Shown: positions 10,091 through 18,467 of the stretch, one piece after another
How the letters are laid out: the number at the start of each line of letters is the position of its first letter
Position numbering within the stretch: position 1 is the stretch's first letter
DNA from: a virus
Taxonomy: Duplodnaviria > Caudoviricetes
Strand: one strand, 5' to 3'
IMG/VR virus record: IMGVR_UViG_3300025128_000041
Coordinates: 1-57,252 of that record
Length of the DNA: 57,252 nt
Made by a program: the position numbers and the translations under genes
Notes under the pieces: model-generated
What the model was told of the DNA's origin: nothing
Seen by the model: the letters and a program-made list of their open reading frames with translations, nothing else
Databases searched by the model: none

Positions 10091-10513
10091 CTAGTCCTGC
10101 GCATCATGGGATAGCAAACCGTTTAAACGATCCAATATCACCGTAGGTGAGTCTACTTGCTGCTCCACTACGTGCTGTTGCTCCACATAAAGACGGGAGG
10201 CTTTGCCTCTGTGGTGCTCTGCTTGGATAGCTGCGCTGTATTGCCCAGCAGATTTAGCCTCATCCCGAAGGGAAGCCAGCGATTCGAGGTGATCGGAGAG
10301 AGAAAGCGCTCTTTCTTCCTCCAATTCCTTAGATCTACGATCTATTAGCTCCATAACGTCCTCTCTTTTAACCAACTTACTCCCCAGCTTTGCTGGGTGA
10401 CCTGTGTATCCCGCCATACGTACCGCATCACTCTGTGTGTGGCCTTCGGCTACGTACCGAGCAAACAAGCGTTCTTTCACCGATGTATGTATATGAGGCA
10501 TAGCGCGATTCAA
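10091..10513 (-). CDS. terS: Terminase small subunit
   Basis: N-terminal HTH (KERLFARYVAEGHTQSDAVRMAGY), LRDEAKSAGQYSAAIQAEHHRGKA; upstream of terL. Confidence 0.75.
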   Translation of the reverse strand: MNRAMPHIHTSVKERLFARYVAEGHTQSDAVRMAGYTGHPAKLGSKLVKREDVMELIDRRSKELEEERALSLSDHLESLASLRDEAKSAGQYSAAIQAEHHRGKASRLYVEQQHVVEQQVDSPTVILDRLNGLLSHDAQD

Positions 10514-10559
10514 TGCAAAACTTATACGTAGTATAAAAACTTATTGGAATAAAAAATAG

Positions 10560-10591
10560 TTGACAAAGTTTAAACGATATGAGCTTAGTGT
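10560..10591 (+). promoter_or_regulatory. Candidate early promoter with GTTTAAAC in the spacer
   Basis: A-rich tract then perfect TTGACA (10560-10565); best -10 TAGTGT is at an atypical 20-bp spacing. Confidence 0.45.
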
Positions 10592-10598
10592 AATGGCA

Positions 10599-10900
10599 AC
10601 TGAGCGGCGGAGCTTCTCCATCTCCAGTAGCCCGATAGGTGTAGGCCACCTCCCCACGGATCTTGGGGTGCATCATGTTAACGGCGATGTGATGTTACAG
10701 CGAAGCTGAAAGGATGTCGGAACTGGGGCGTAGCGGTCCTTCGAGTCTCCCTCGATACCGCCAAACCAGTGGACAGCGTAGCTGAAATGTTGCGTGGCAT
10801 AGGAGATATGCCTCATGTCCGAGTAGCTAAGATTTCATCTTAGAGAGGCTTACGATAACGGTAGGCCACTACGAGATTAGATCTTGCTTGTTTTACAAGT
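10599..10900 (+). ncRNA. Candidate large structured non-coding RNA / early leader
   Basis: No convincing ORF; more than 10 hand-identified helices nested in multiway junctions (see findings). Confidence 0.6.
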
Positions 10901-10942
10901 GACAACCGTTTAAACTAGAGTTTCGCAACAAGGAGTTATCCT

Positions 10943-11572
10943 ATGGATAAGATATACAACGACCGAGAGCAGTGGTTAAACGCTGCCATCATCTTGCTCA
11001 TTAATGAGCTGTTCACACTTGCTGGAGTCCAACCGGCTGAATGGGAGTCGAAGAGATACGCAGTATCTTGTGGCTTCCCTATTGGATACAGAGGATCACG
11101 TACTGGCAAGGTGACCCTTGGTCAAGCTTTTGACCCCGCCACATCGTCTAACGGCACCGCTGAGATGTTCATCAACCCCATCATGGATGATGTGATCGAG
11201 GTACTGCTGGTGCTGCTGCACGAGATGGTTCATGTCCTAGTGGGTAACCATGAGGGACACAAGGGGCGTTTCGCAGTGGTTGCCAAGGCAATGGGTTTAA
11301 CCACCCCGCTGACGGCTTTGATGAGTGCCGAAGGCAAATACAATGCTACTGAGGAGCTTATCGCTAAGATTCGAGAGATTGCCGAAATACTCGGAGAGTA
11401 TCCACACTCGAAGGTTGACCCCCAGATGCGAAAGAAACAAGGCACCCGAATGCTTAAGATCTCTTGCACTGATTGCGGTTTTACCGCAAGAGCTTCTGCT
11501 AAATGGGTATCTTTGATACACAGCAATTCACCCTGCCCAGTGTGTTCATCAGCTACGCTGGTCACTGAGTAA
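10943..11572 (+). CDS. SprT-like zinc metalloprotease with C-terminal zinc ribbon
   Basis: LLHEMVH...GHKGRF zincin motif; C-terminal CTDC...CPVC. Confidence 0.8.
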   Translation: MDKIYNDREQWLNAAIILLINELFTLAGVQPAEWESKRYAVSCGFPIGYRGSRTGKVTLGQAFDPATSSNGTAEMFINPIMDDVIEVLLVLLHEMVHVLVGNHEGHKGRFAVVAKAMGLTTPLTALMSAEGKYNATEELIAKIREIAEILGEYPHSKVDPQMRKKQGTRMLKISCTDCGFTARASAKWVSLIHSNSPCPVCSSATLVTE

Positions 11573-11605
11573 CGTTTAAACAAATCGCAACAAGGAGAAC
11601 ATTTC

Positions 11606-12727
11606 ATGTTCGATCATTCTAACAAAATTCCACCCCATTCACTAATGAAAATCACCGATGCGCTGGAGTTAATCCAGCTTGGTGACGCTCCCAACGCCAT
11701 CCAATCATCAGCGCTTAAACTGCTAGCAGTACGCTACGGCAAAGGCACGATGACTGAGCAAGAGATGATCAACCTATGGTTGAGCGGTCCCGATGCTGGT
11801 CAACCTGTGGTTGATGAGTCAAGCATGGCAGCCGCTGTAGTACAGCTCGAAGAGACGATGACCAAGAAGATCCAGCCCCAGCTCGAAGAGATTCGAGAAC
11901 AGGTAGGCAAGACGGTCAAGACCGAGCTTACCATCACCATAGGTGACTACAGCAAAAACCTTGGCACTGAAGCCAAACACTACGTGTTCGAGAAGGTACT
12001 GATCAAGATTGCAGCACGTTTAAACGTTTACCTCCCCGGTCCTGCTGGATCCGGCAAGACTACGATTGCGGAGCAAATAGCCGAGGCGCTTGATCTTCCC
12101 TTCTATGCCTACGGTGCCATCGGCATGGCCCACGAATTCGAGGGATTTATGAACGCTCAAGGCAACTACGTTGAATCGATGCTTTACAAGGCATTCAAGA
12201 ATGGCGGGATGGTGCTGTTCGATGAGATGGACGCTTCCAACGCTAATGCGTTGCTTCGTTTAAACGCTATCCTAGCCAACAAGATCGCAGCATTCCCCAA
12301 CGGGGAGATGGTCAAGAAGCATCCAGACTTCGTAGTCATAGCAACAGGCAACACGTTTGGACATGGAGCAACAGCGCAGTACGTAGGACGTAACCCGCTA
12401 GACGGTGCAACGCTCGACCGATACGTCAACATCCCTATGGGATACGATGAGGAGCTAGAGCGCAGCATAGCTGGCAACGATGCATGGGTAGACTTTGTTC
12501 AAGCAGTGAGGCACGTAGCAGAGGAACACAAGATGCGCTACATCGTCAGCCCAAGAGCGAGCATTAACGGAGCGATACTGATCGCTGCTGGTGACAACGT
12601 GGATGACATCAAAGATGAAACCATCTTCAACAAGGGATTCAGCGAAACCGATCTTGAAAAGATCAACACTGATCCACGAGTAATCAACGCTGGAATCGCA
12701 CTTAACGACAGCCAAGCAGTAGCTTAA
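11606..12727 (+). CDS. MoxR/CbbQ/NorQ-type AAA+ ATPase
   Basis: Walker A GPAGSGKT, Walker B VLFDEMD, HPDFVVIATGNT, RNPLDGATLDRY, SPRAS. Confidence 0.9.
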   Translation: MFDHSNKIPPHSLMKITDALELIQLGDAPNAIQSSALKLLAVRYGKGTMTEQEMINLWLSGPDAGQPVVDESSMAAAVVQLEETMTKKIQPQLEEIREQVGKTVKTELTITIGDYSKNLGTEAKHYVFEKVLIKIAARLNVYLPGPAGSGKTTIAEQIAEALDLPFYAYGAIGMAHEFEGFMNAQGNYVESMLYKAFKNGGMVLFDEMDASNANALLRLNAILANKIAAFPNGEMVKKHPDFVVIATGNTFGHGATAQYVGRNPLDGATLDRYVNIPMGYDEELERSIAGNDAWVDFVQAVRHVAEEHKMRYIVSPRASINGAILIAAGDNVDDIKDETIFNKGFSETDLEKINTDPRVINAGIALNDSQAVA

Positions 12728-12738
12728 GGAGTTTAAAC

Positions 12739-13593
12739 ATGGCAAGACGCAAGCAAGGACAGACATTGACAGTCGAATCTACATACGGCGAAGTAATCGA
12801 CAAGATGCGCACTGGTGTCCTAAAGGACAACGACATGAGATCATCTAAGACTAGTGACAAGTCATTTACTGGCACCGACACATTTGATGAAGCGGTACAC
12901 CTAGCAGTCAACGGATGGGATGAGGGACGCAGCGAGCTAGCACAGAGCGCAGAGTTTGCATCGGCGCTGGTACAACAGATCGACCAGCCAACGTGGGAGT
13001 TTGCTCCTTCTGGAGCGATGCCTCACATCCCAGCGGCAGCGGCTGGAGTGCCTGACAACATGATGACCCTCTACGAGAACGACACCAATCGCAAGATGCC
13101 TATCGTGACAATGTATGTAGACATCGGAGCAACGTGGAACACTACGACCGAAGCGATGATACGAAGAGGCGGGGCAATCGTGGCTCTTGTAGACCAGATC
13201 GAAGCAAGCGGCAAGCGAGTGCAGATCGTGGCAACGAGTGCAACGGAGACTCACGGAGTGAAGTTTGATGGAGTCAACACAAGCAAGCTGATCCACAAGA
13301 TCACCATCAAGGAAGCCGGAGAGCATCTGGACATTGACAGAGTGGCATTCGCTACAGCTCACCCAGCGATGCTCAGACGGATATGGTTCAGGCTTGTGGA
13401 GATCCATGCAGATGGCATCGTGTCTGGATATGGCAACGTAGGCAAGCTTAAGGCTGAAGACATCGAGTCCAACGCAATGTATGTCCCTCCGATGTACGGA
13501 GACGATGGATACTACAGCGAAGAGGAAGCAGTCGAGACTGTTCAAGGACTCTGGAGGGAGGCGACCGAAGGGGAAACCTTTGAAGCCGCGTAA
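12739..13593 (+). CDS. Degenerate vWA-like partner of the AAA+ ATPase
   Basis: Adjacent to a MoxR-type ATPase; RRGGAIVALVDQIEASGKRVQI and AFATAHPAMLRRIWF motifs; canonical DxSxS MIDAS not evident. Confidence 0.6.
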   Translation: MARRKQGQTLTVESTYGEVIDKMRTGVLKDNDMRSSKTSDKSFTGTDTFDEAVHLAVNGWDEGRSELAQSAEFASALVQQIDQPTWEFAPSGAMPHIPAAAAGVPDNMMTLYENDTNRKMPIVTMYVDIGATWNTTTEAMIRRGGAIVALVDQIEASGKRVQIVATSATETHGVKFDGVNTSKLIHKITIKEAGEHLDIDRVAFATAHPAMLRRIWFRLVEIHADGIVSGYGNVGKLKAEDIESNAMYVPPMYGDDGYYSEEEAVETVQGLWREATEGETFEAA

Positions 13594-13617
13594 CGTTTAA
13601 ACACAAACGGATTACAC

Positions 13618-13648
13618 TTGACAACCAACTAAACAATCGGGTTACAAT
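13618..13648 (+). promoter_or_regulatory. Candidate sigma70-type promoter
   Basis: TTGACA-19bp-TACAAT in an intergenic gap. Confidence 0.5.
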
Positions 13649-13683
13649 GGTAACCTATTCGCAACCGCAACAAGGAGAACATT

Positions 13684-13923
13684 ATGTTCACTACTTATAT
13701 GACCGATGGCGAAACGCCATCAACGTGGGCCGATCACCAGATCGGAGAGGCAATAACCGAGATCATCTTCGCAGTGCGTGATGATAGCAACACGAGCCTC
13801 GAACAGAAGAAGCGCATGATTACTGCGCTGATTCGTAGGCAGAACGCTTTGCTTGACAAAGCAGAAGCTGACAGGCTTTGGGATAGCCCAGAGCATTTCT
13901 TCAGCCGAGTACCCTTGGCTTAA
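13684..13923 (+). CDS. Hypothetical early protein
   Basis: ORF with AAGGAG SD and CGCAAC motif. Confidence 0.7.
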   Translation: MFTTYMTDGETPSTWADHQIGEAITEIIFAVRDDSNTSLEQKKRMITALIRRQNALLDKAEADRLWDSPEHFFSRVPLA

Positions 13924-13968
13924 CCTTTCGCAACAACAGGGGGGGCTTGTCCCCCCAAGGAGAACACG

Positions 13969-14253
13969 ATGAAAATGGAAGTAGAACTGGAAGTGCCAGT
14001 GACCGTGACGGTCAAGGTAGAGATTGACGCTACTAAGTCAGAGATCAGAGAGCTATATGGCCTTGATCGTGATGACGATGTAGAGGATTACTACGTGGAC
14101 TATGTGAATGATCATCGACACGATGAGATCGTGGATGACATGAATTTGGATTCAATAAATGTATCTTTTGACTCCAGCGCACCATCAAGAAAAATAAAGG
14201 TGGATGTCGCTAGTCAAGATATAGATGTAACCGAGGCAGAGGAGGCACGATGA
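13969..14253 (+). CDS. Acidic hypothetical early protein
   Basis: AAGGAG SD; strongly Asp/Glu-rich. Confidence 0.7.
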   Translation: MKMEVELEVPVTVTVKVEIDATKSEIRELYGLDRDDDVEDYYVDYVNDHRHDEIVDDMNLDSINVSFDSSAPSRKIKVDVASQDIDVTEAEEAR

Positions 14254-14456
14254 GACAGATAGACATAACAGGCCAAGACGGTAACGCCTTTGCATTACTG
14301 GGGTGCGCAAGGAGTTTTGCAAAGCAACTTAATTGGGATGCCAAGGCAATCACAGAAGAGATGAAGGCGGGTGACTACGAACACCTACTCGACACGTTCG
14401 AGAAGCACTTCGGATCTTTCGTTGAATTAGTAGGGAGGGATGAAGATGACGATTAA
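14250..14456 (+). CDS. Conserved small phage protein
   Basis: ITGQDGNAFALLG...MKAGDYEHLL motif; GAGGAGG SD, ATGA overlap. Confidence 0.75.
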   Translation: MRQIDITGQDGNAFALLGCARSFAKQLNWDAKAITEEMKAGDYEHLLDTFEKHFGSFVELVGRDEDDD

Positions 14457-14652
14457 AGATTACACTGTTATCTGCGAGACAGATGAAAACTATCAGACAG
14501 AATATGTTTTTTCAGCAGAAAGTTTCCACGATTGCAGGGTTCAGGCCAAGGAACACGGGTTGATGGGCGACAAACCTCTGCGGGTAGAGCGAACAGAGAT
14601 CTACTATGGCAATTCGGGGGAGAGAACGTGGAAAACAAGCGAGGGATTTTGA
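14440..14652 (+). CDS. Hypothetical protein
   Basis: GGGAGG SD; tiles the operon. Confidence 0.6.
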   Translation: MKMTIKDYTVICETDENYQTEYVFSAESFHDCRVQAKEHGLMGDKPLRVERTEIYYGNSGERTWKTSEGF

Positions 14653-14653
14653 T

Positions 14654-14806
14654 ATGACGGTGAGTGATAAAAAAGAAACGCCGGATTGGTCGAAAGAAGA
14701 GGCTAAAGAAAATGTCAGGTCAATGTGCTCACGATGCGGCCAACCGCCTAGGGCGTATGAATGCCGGACTTGTGGCAGCACAACTCATCACTACGAGGAA
14801 TTTTAA
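14654..14806 (+). CDS. Small zinc-ribbon protein
   Basis: CSRC...CRTC; start reassigned to the ATG after the upstream stop. Confidence 0.55.
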   Translation: MTVSDKKETPDWSKEEAKENVRSMCSRCGQPPRAYECRTCGSTTHHYEEF

Positions 14807-14807
14807 T

Positions 14808-15032
14808 ATGAAGATAACGTTTAAACAGCTAACCAAATTTATTTATAACCTGCTGGGCCTATCAAGCTGGGTTCTTGCCAACTTATTTATGGGATACACA
14901 GGCTTTGTATTCATCGAGCTAGGCGACACGCTATCCACGATCATGGGTAGCTGTATGCTTGTGGCAGTCTCAGCAAGTTTTGTAATGCTGATACTGTACA
15001 CGTTTTATTTAACCAAGAAGGGAAGCGCATGA
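14808..15032 (+). CDS. Small membrane protein
   Basis: Two hydrophobic segments; GAGG SD before ATG 14808. Confidence 0.6.
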   Translation: MKITFKQLTKFIYNLLGLSSWVLANLFMGYTGFVFIELGDTLSTIMGSCMLVAVSASFVMLILYTFYLTKKGSA

Positions 15033-15241
15033 AAGTAACAAGACAATCAATGGCGAGCGGTAAAACCCGCACGAAAGATCTTCCGATAACCCCTGTTCAG
15101 TATGTAAAATACATACGAGGAGAAGGTCATGTCCAAGACATCATGCCTGACCTCCCTCCAGAGGATCGTGAGTTCCTCATCAGTGGGGTTACTCAGGAAG
15201 AGTGGGAAGAGTTATACGGTAAGAATGAAGACGATGAATGA
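15029..15241 (+). CDS. Conserved small phage protein
   Basis: VQDIMPDLPPEDREFLISGVTQEEW motif; ATGA overlap. Confidence 0.7.
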   Translation: MKVTRQSMASGKTRTKDLPITPVQYVKYIRGEGHVQDIMPDLPPEDREFLISGVTQEEWEELYGKNEDDE

Positions 15242-15262
15242 ACAACGCAGACCGGAGGATTG

Positions 15263-15565
15263 ATGGCTCGTTTAAACAAGGAAAAGAAACCCGGATTCCA
15301 CCGGCAATTTCTCACACTAACCAACGGAGTAGCACCGTTCAAGTCAGCAGACAAGGCTGGCGAAAGTAAAGAGCTTGAGGATCAGGTCCAAAAGTTCTTG
15401 GATCAAGGCGGCAAGATCGAGCAAGTGGAGGAGGGCGCAAGCAAGTACCAGCCGATCAGGAACAAGAAGCAGATGAAGGTTAGCGCAAGGGCGCACTTCA
15501 GCAACGCTCAACGTAACGCTACGGCAAAGGTTTCAAACACCAGAAACCGCAGCAAGTGGTACTAG
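15263..15565 (+). CDS. Hypothetical protein
   Basis: GGAGG SD; LEDQVQKFLDQGGKIEQV motif. Confidence 0.65.
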   Translation: MARLNKEKKPGFHRQFLTLTNGVAPFKSADKAGESKELEDQVQKFLDQGGKIEQVEEGASKYQPIRNKKQMKVSARAHFSNAQRNATAKVSNTRNRSKWY

Positions 15566-15580
15566 TAAACTAAAAAAACG

Positions 15581-15609
15581 TTGACAGTTCTAAACACCCC
15601 GCTTATTGT
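15581..15609 (+). promoter_or_regulatory. Sigma70-type promoter
   Basis: A-tract then TTGACA-17bp-TATTGT upstream of the HNH gene. Confidence 0.65.
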
Positions 15610-15637
15610 GGGGGTTCCTTCGCAACAGGAGACAAGC

Positions 15638-16057
15638 ATGGCAAACAAAAACCCTCAGTTCTGGGGTGAATCAGAGTGCAGAAACTGCGGTCTGGTTTTC
15701 CAATACCGATACACACAGAAGAATGGCTTCTATTGTTCACGGCAATGTTCTGGTGAACACATAGGTAAGGAGCGATTCCAGAAGGGTACGGACTACCGAT
15801 CACGGACTATCCGCAAGTATCTATTTAGAGAGCGCGGCAAGCGGTGCGAGGTGTGCGATCAGGTTAGGGTCGCAAAGGGGCTGGAGATTCACCACGTTGA
15901 TGGAGATCCTACCAACAACGGACGAGAAAACCTCCAAGTAATATGTTTGGAGTGTCACGAATTATCACACAACCATGACGCATCAAAGCTCTCGGCTAGT
16001 GGACGAGCTAGATGCAATAACGCAACATCGTTTAAACGTAAAGGAGAAGCAGCATGA
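15638..16057 (+). CDS. HNH endonuclease with N-terminal zinc finger
   Basis: CEVC..LEIHHVDGDPTNNGRENLQVICLECH; N-terminal CRNC..YCSRQC; AGGAG SD before ATG 15638. Confidence 0.85.
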   Translation: MANKNPQFWGESECRNCGLVFQYRYTQKNGFYCSRQCSGEHIGKERFQKGTDYRSRTIRKYLFRERGKRCEVCDQVRVAKGLEIHHVDGDPTNNGRENLQVICLECHELSHNHDASKLSASGRARCNNATSFKRKGEAA

Positions 16058-16308
16058 GAAGCATGATGGACTTAGTGGAAGAAATACAGGATGAAACCTT
16101 GAACGAATCAATCAGGCGATCATTCGATCAGTTCAGAAGACCAGAGGAATTGTACTACGCATTCCAAGCGGCAGTGGCAGCTTGCAGTGAAGCCTCTCAG
16201 GAGATCCTTGATGGATCAGATGAAGAGCTTCGTAAGTTTGTCTTAGGGTATCAGGTGGAGATGATTATTGATGCTTTCGACAAGCGCTTGAAGGAGCTTG
16301 CACAATGA
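16054..16308 (+). CDS. Hypothetical protein
   Basis: AAGGAG SD, ATGA overlap. Confidence 0.7.
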   Translation: MRSMMDLVEEIQDETLNESIRRSFDQFRRPEELYYAFQAAVAACSEASQEILDGSDEELRKFVLGYQVEMIIDAFDKRLKELAQ

Positions 16309-16493
16309 ATGTGGATGAAAAGAAAACATACAACATCACAGGTATATCAGAGGAAGAGCATCGGCTTCTGGTGCTTGCCTTAGATTACTACATCGACAGC
16401 GTGACGCAGGGTAATGATGTGCAGTGGGCGCAAACGATAGCGATGGGGGTGAGGCTTAAGCACCTACTAATGGGGACGCTTGATGAACGGTGA
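16305..16493 (+). CDS. Hypothetical protein
   Basis: AAGGAG SD, ATGA overlap. Confidence 0.65.
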   Translation: MNVDEKKTYNITGISEEEHRLLVLALDYYIDSVTQGNDVQWAQTIAMGVRLKHLLMGTLDER

Positions 16494-16671
16494 TGATCTA
16501 ACCAAGAAACTTAAGTTCTTTCTTAATCACCAGCTTGGTGAGAAGTGGGCGATCAATGCCGACATGGACATCTTGAACAACCAAGAGGGAGGAACAATAA
16601 CAATCCATGTGTGGGGTTTAAACAAGAACCCCAAACAATTCAAATCAATTCGCAACAAGGAAAACATATGA
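16483..16671 (+). CDS. Hypothetical protein
   Basis: Tiles the operon with short overlaps. Confidence 0.55.
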   Translation: MNGDDLTKKLKFFLNHQLGEKWAINADMDILNNQEGGTITIHVWGLNKNPKQFKSIRNKENI

Positions 16672-17147
16672 GTGATGTAACTTCAGCCCCGGTATTACAA
16701 GCAAACATCGTGAAAGGTAAGCCGATTCTTTTGACAGGCGGCTCTCACCTTATCGGCAATCTGAACATAAAGTATGGTGAGCTTGTGCGCTTGTTTGGGA
16801 AGCCGCAAGAGTGTGACGATAGCAAGGTTGATGTGATGTGGGAGCTTGAGTTTGAGGATAGCTACGACCTAAGTACAGGTGAGAAAGACTCAACGCTTGC
16901 ACCTACAAAGGTCAGGATCGACATACATAACTGGAAGGATGGCCCGAACTATGGCGGCTATGACGTAAGAGATATTATCAGTTGGACTATCGGGGGTAAT
17001 TACGTAAGGGATGTGTTTGTTTTAATCAGGTACTTGGAAGATGCTAACGTTGATTTTAACGCAATCGTTCCAACGTTTATGGTTGAGCAAGCCCAGAGAA
17101 CAGAAGGATTTAAGGGGTCACCAAATGGATCTGTTAAGTTCGTTTAA
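16668..17147 (+). CDS. Conserved hypothetical protein
   Basis: YGELVRLFGKP..DSKVDVMW..IHNWKDG..WTIGG motif; start reassigned to ATG 16668 after TTCGCAACAAGGA. Confidence 0.7.
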   Translation: MSDVTSAPVLQANIVKGKPILLTGGSHLIGNLNIKYGELVRLFGKPQECDDSKVDVMWELEFEDSYDLSTGEKDSTLAPTKVRIDIHNWKDGPNYGGYDVRDIISWTIGGNYVRDVFVLIRYLEDANVDFNAIVPTFMVEQAQRTEGFKGSPNGSVKFV

Positions 17148-17166
17148 ACATCAAGCCGGTCGCATT

Positions 17167-17301
17167 ATGCGATGGGTTTTAACTGCGCTTTGCGCAATGG
17201 TGTATCTGTACATTCACGAATTAGATTTTCGTGATCAGTGCAGATTGGATAAGCAATGTGTTTCGCAACATTTAAATGGAGAAAATAGCTATGACTATTA
17301 A
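17167..17301 (+). CDS. Small hydrophobic protein
   Basis: MRWVLTALCAMVYLY N-terminus; fills gap in the operon. Confidence 0.4.
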   Translation: MRWVLTALCAMVYLYIHELDFRDQCRLDKQCVSQHLNGENSYDY

Positions 17302-17470
17302 TGTAAAAGAACTTGCCACGCAAGCAAAAGAAATCGGTATGGACAACATCGTGAAGGCGCTAGAAAAGCAAGCCGCTAAGTTGAGGAAACAGGATGAGTC
17401 TTCTCAGAAGATTGCAGATCTTGTGGATTCAATACTTGAACTTGTTGACACTGATAAGGAGAAAGCATGA
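17291..17470 (+). CDS. Small coiled-coil protein
   Basis: GGAG SD preceded by TTCGCAACA. Confidence 0.6.
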   Translation: MTINVKELATQAKEIGMDNIVKALEKQAAKLRKQDESSQKIADLVDSILELVDTDKEKA

Positions 17471-17844
17471 GCAACGTAGTTAGTCTGGACGATTACCGTC
17501 CAAACCAATTCTCTAAGGATAGCGCGGTCACTAGGCCGCGCTTTAAGAACGTGCTTAAGCGTATGAATATCGGAGCTGTAACACCCAATGCGGTGGAGCA
17601 GCTTCTTCAAGCTCACGAGACAACGGCAAGAGCATACGTTGAACACCTGTTCGCTCGATTCGATTCGGGCGACTGGGGTGATGTGTGCGAGGAAGACTCC
17701 AAGATAAACGAAGAGAGCGTGTCGGATGGCTCTATGGTGATGGGTGTGTACCCGATACACCAGAACACACCAGACGTAAAGGTTTGGCTCGTCTTGGATG
17801 GTGGTCACGAAACTGCAACCGTACTAATGCCAGAGGATTACTAA
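17467..17844 (+). CDS. Plasmid/ICE-type conserved protein (GDWGD...LPEEY family)
   Basis: RFDSGDWGDVCEEDSKINE...VWLVLD..TATVLMPEDY. Confidence 0.7.
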   Translation: MSNVVSLDDYRPNQFSKDSAVTRPRFKNVLKRMNIGAVTPNAVEQLLQAHETTARAYVEHLFARFDSGDWGDVCEEDSKINEESVSDGSMVMGVYPIHQNTPDVKVWLVLDGGHETATVLMPEDY

Positions 17845-18257
17845 TGAACCTACCGCCTTGGAGCGATGCGGCTGTAGAGATGTACAAGCAAGGAAAGTCT
17901 CTTCGAGTAATCGGGGAGACGCTTGGTATGTCGATCACGCCAATACGAGAACAACTACTACTGCGTTTAAACGCTGAAGGATACTACCACCTACGATTTA
18001 ACAAGCCTGAGTCTGAAAAAACCATACGGATTAAGGATGCTTTAAGGAACGGAGATCGTGTTGCAGACATTGCGAAACAAGAAGGGTGTTCGCGCAACTG
18101 GGTTTACAAAGTAAAGAATGGTGTGCATAGGACTGTGGACAGGCGCATCAAGAATCTTGCAGACAAAGACTACATAGACAAGAAGCTTGGTATGCCAGAG
18201 ATGACACAGGAACGGCGCAGTAAAGAGATTGAAGAGATAGAGAAGTTGTTAAGGTAA
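17844..18257 (+). CDS. Tandem helix-turn-helix protein
   Basis: MYKQGKSLRVIGETLGMSITPIR and GDRVADIAKQEGCSRNWVYKV; TAATG coupling. Confidence 0.7.
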   Translation: MNLPPWSDAAVEMYKQGKSLRVIGETLGMSITPIREQLLLRLNAEGYYHLRFNKPESEKTIRIKDALRNGDRVADIAKQEGCSRNWVYKVKNGVHRTVDRRIKNLADKDYIDKKLGMPEMTQERRSKEIEEIEKLLR

Positions 18258-18467
18258 CTCGTGGGGGAAAGGGTTAGGGGGGTGGTGACCTCAGACCTAA
18301 ATTCCTTCCGCTCTCACTATAGGTATTCATATGCCTTCTCCTGAGAGCGGTTAAACCAGAAATAGGGGGGATGAAGCGCGGCCCCACGGCCTAGCTGATA
18401 GGTTTTCATGCCGCCAATCCCCTCGCTCACCACACATATTTACTTTGCAACATGATAGGAATGTAAC

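Noticed and set aside
10599-10900. Hammerhead ribozyme, tRNA or tmRNA identity for the structured region
   Set aside because: No CUGAnGA core seen on either strand, and no T-loop GTTCRA or CCA-type acceptor arrangement.
12937-13545. 202-aa antisense ORF and similar shadow ORFs (e.g. 30543-31157, 52122-52664, 52791-53330, 52678-53376)
   Set aside because: They fully overlap well-supported genes, lack SDs and motifs, and are explained by codon bias or repeats.
17467-17844. DNA methyltransferase for the GTTTAAAC site
   Set aside because: Only 125 aa and lacks FxGxG and (D/N)PPY motifs.
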